A stretch of 55,091 bases of DNA from an uncultured Bacilli bacterium (GTDB lineage Bacteria > Bacillota_I > Bacilli_A > RF39 > UBA660): positions 1 to 55,091 of the forward strand of contig CANQBI010000004.1 of NCBI GenBank assembly GCA_947589435.1. The letters are read 5' to 3'. The notes beneath the pieces were generated by a model, which saw only the letters and a program-made list of their open reading frames with translations, was not told where the DNA came from and ran no database searches. Positions within the stretch are counted from its first letter, which is position 1, and every line of letters begins with the position of its first letter. Shown one piece after another: positions 53,193 through 55,091 of the stretch. The translations under genes and the position numbers were made by a program.

Positions 53193-53455
53193 ATAGGTAA
53201 TCTTGATATAGAGTTAGGTATGGCCGAGATGGCAGCAATTACAATGCGTGGGTTGTGACTACGGACGGCAACTTGAACAACCCGAATGTGAACAATACGT
53301 ATGCGGTTCGCCAGACTTCTATAACTTGAATGATTATATGATTAAGGTTATATACTAGGGAAGATAGAAGACAAAGATTATCTAGGACTTTATCCAAAAC
53401 AAAAACGAAGATGGTTTATTTTACGAAATAACCTGTATACTTCGTTATTTTTTTG
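53193..53455 (+). ncRNA. Stand-alone DGR template-repeat-like RNA (TR core 53216-53311)
   Basis: Eight AAY triplets in the VR1 frame; no start or RBS; TATAAT 53183-53188; flanks TAGGTAATCTT (53194-53204) and AAGATTATCTA (53374-53384) can pair; terminal stem AACGAAG/CTTCGTT plus T-run. Confidence 0.78.
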
Positions 53456-53563
53456 CTTCTTTTTCTTTAAAGTAATCATTTTAAATAATAGTAATATAAT
53501 ATAGAGAAATTATATCTTTTTTGTAAATAAGCGATATTTGTCAAAAATTAGTAAAAATATATC

Positions 53564-53594
53564 TTGACAAATAGAATACGGGGGGGGGTATAAT
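53564..53594 (+). promoter_or_regulatory. Promoter with G9 tract in the -35/-10 spacer (phase-variable)
   Basis: TTGACA-AATAGAATAC-GGGGGGGGG-TATAAT, 19-bp spacer. Confidence 0.85.
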
Positions 53595-53622
53595 TATGGC
53601 ATAGAAAGGAAAGAGGAAAAAA

Positions 53623-55091
53623 ATGAAAAATTTAAAAATGTTTGCAATTGCTGTTATGGCATTCGCTGTAATGGCTACTGGTGTTCGTGCTGCTGTTACA
53701 TGTACAAATGCAAGTTATTCGAACACAGTTGATGGTGAGCTTAAGTGTTATACTAGTTTTTCTACAGCTTTAACTGAAGCGAAAATTGGTGACACAATAA
53801 AACTAGAAGGTGATTCTGAAGGTGTTGTTACAGAAACTACAGCCATAGTAATCAATAAAAATGTTAATATTGATTTAAATGGTAAAACTCTTAAATTAGA
53901 TGGTGCTATTGGAATTACAGTAAATTCTGGTTATAAGCTTACTTTAAAAGGAACAGGAAAAGTTGAAAATACAACTTCTGCTAATACATCTTTAATTACT
54001 GTTCAAGCTGGAGCTACATTAAAAGTAGATGATTCAGTTAATCTAGTTAATAATGAGGATAATGCAGGAAATACTGCTATTGATGCTTCTGCTGTAAGAG
54101 TTGAAAGTAATAATACAGCTAATAAAACTACTGTAGTATTTGGAAAGGACGTTGTTGTTACTTCAAAATTACATGGTTTAGTTGTTGGTGGCGGAAGTAC
54201 TCTAGCAACTGCTAAAAATATTGACATCACTATGAGAGGTACTTGGACTGCAGATGTTTATGTAGTAAAAGTTAATGGATATATTACATATCAAAGTAGT
54301 AATCCTGTAAAAATTGCTATACCTGAAGGTACTTATACTTCAAATGGAGCAAGCGCATTATATGCGTCAGGATATGCTGAATGGGATATCGATAATCCTA
54401 CTGTAAAGGGTTCTCAAGCAGTTACAGTTAGAAGTGGTAAAGTAGATATTAGTGGTGGTACTTTTGAAGCTACTACTTCAACAAATGGTGCTGGTACTCA
54501 TGATGGTTCATCAAATCATGCTATTGCTATCTTAGGAAACGAAGCTGTTGCTGGAAATAGTTCTTATAATGATCCAAAATATATTGATGTAAAAATTTCA
54601 GGAGGTGCATTCACTGCTAAAACTGATGATTCATATGCAATATATATTGGAGAAATAAATGATGATACTAAATTAGCTATTAGTAATGGTACATTTACAA
54701 GTGGTAAGGATTCTGTTGAAGAAACACAATTACCTGCTATGTTTATCAATACAAATAGTCTTCAAACAATGCTTGAAAAACATGATGATATAATTACTGG
54801 CGGAACATTTACTGGTGGTTTAGTTGATGAAATTGAATATGATGGTAAAAAATATGAACCTGCTGATGTTCAAGCTAAATTAGTTAAAGGTGAAGTTAAT
54901 ACTGAAGGTGGAAATACTACAGTTGGAACTCCTTCTGATGAAGGACAACAACCAGGAAGTACAGAACCAGGAACAACTGGTGATGGAAATCAAGGCTCTA
55001 CAGAAAACGTTAAAAACCCAGAAACTAATGATAATATCTTAGTATATGCTGGTCTAGGACTAGTAAGTCTTGCCTCTGTTGCTTTTACAGC
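53623..55091 (+). CDS. Cell-surface protein with signal peptide and sortase-type anchor; runs off the window (not in ORF track)
   Basis: MKNLKMFAIAVMAFAVMATGVRA signal; I.GGTF repeats; same-frame C-terminal KNPETNDNILVYAGLGLVSLASVAFT. Confidence 0.88.
   Translation, partial: MKNLKMFAIAVMAFAVMATGVRAAVTCTNASYSNTVDGELKCYTSFSTALTEAKIGDTIKLEGDSEGVVTETTAIVINKNVNIDLNGKTLKLDGAIGITVNSGYKLTLKGTGKVENTTSANTSLITVQAGATLKVDDSVNLVNNEDNAGNTAIDASAVRVESNNTANKTTVVFGKDVVVTSKLHGLVVGGGSTLATAKNIDITMRGTWTADVYVVKVNGYITYQSSNPVKIAIPEGTYTSNGASALYASGYAEWDIDNPTVKGSQAVTVRSGKVDISGGTFEATTSTNGAGTHDGSSNHAIAILGNEAVAGNSSYNDPKYIDVKISGGAFTAKTDDSYAIYIGEINDDTKLAISNGTFTSGKDSVEETQLPAMFINTNSLQTMLEKHDDIITGGTFTGGLVDEIEYDGKKYEPADVQAKLVKGEVNTEGGNTTVGTPSDEGQQPGSTEPGTTGDGNQGSTENVKNPETNDNILVYAGLGLVSLASVAFT

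Overview
Chromosomal window of a very AT-rich Bacillota genome. Gene content and style suggest an uncultured RF39-like Bacilli (inference). The housekeeping backbone is rpsU-yqeY-yqfC-yqfD-ybeY-dgkA-era-recO, tdk, T-box glyS, sepF, divIVA, cdsA, rseP, tRNA-Arg(CCG), pcrA, ligA, rpmB, dnaE-polC, yqeG-yqeH, mutL, mscL, T-box serS, cotE, rpsP-khpA and an LTA-synthase-like gene. Accessory modules interrupt it, and two stand out. (1) An orphan PemK/MazF-fold gene (15645-16160) faces a ~550-nt, promoter- and terminator-bounded non-coding array of hairpins punctuated by eight ACUG motifs, a candidate new RNA-antitoxin or RNase-plus-RNA-array system. (2) A dispersed diversity-generating-retroelement-like system: three two-gene surface-protein cassettes end in variable-repeat-like segments, and a stand-alone structured template-repeat-like RNA (~53193-53455) matches the first one with adenine-biased mismatches; no reverse transcriptase lies in the window. 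Also present: an unannotated type I toxin-antitoxin locus, two unannotated double-glycine bacteriocin peptides, two poly-G phase-variation tracts, palindromes around an ORF6N gene that mimic its own coding palindrome, a serS 3'-end duplication and a degenerate IspH-prenyltransferase fusion. All alignments and counts were done by eye; no database searches were run.
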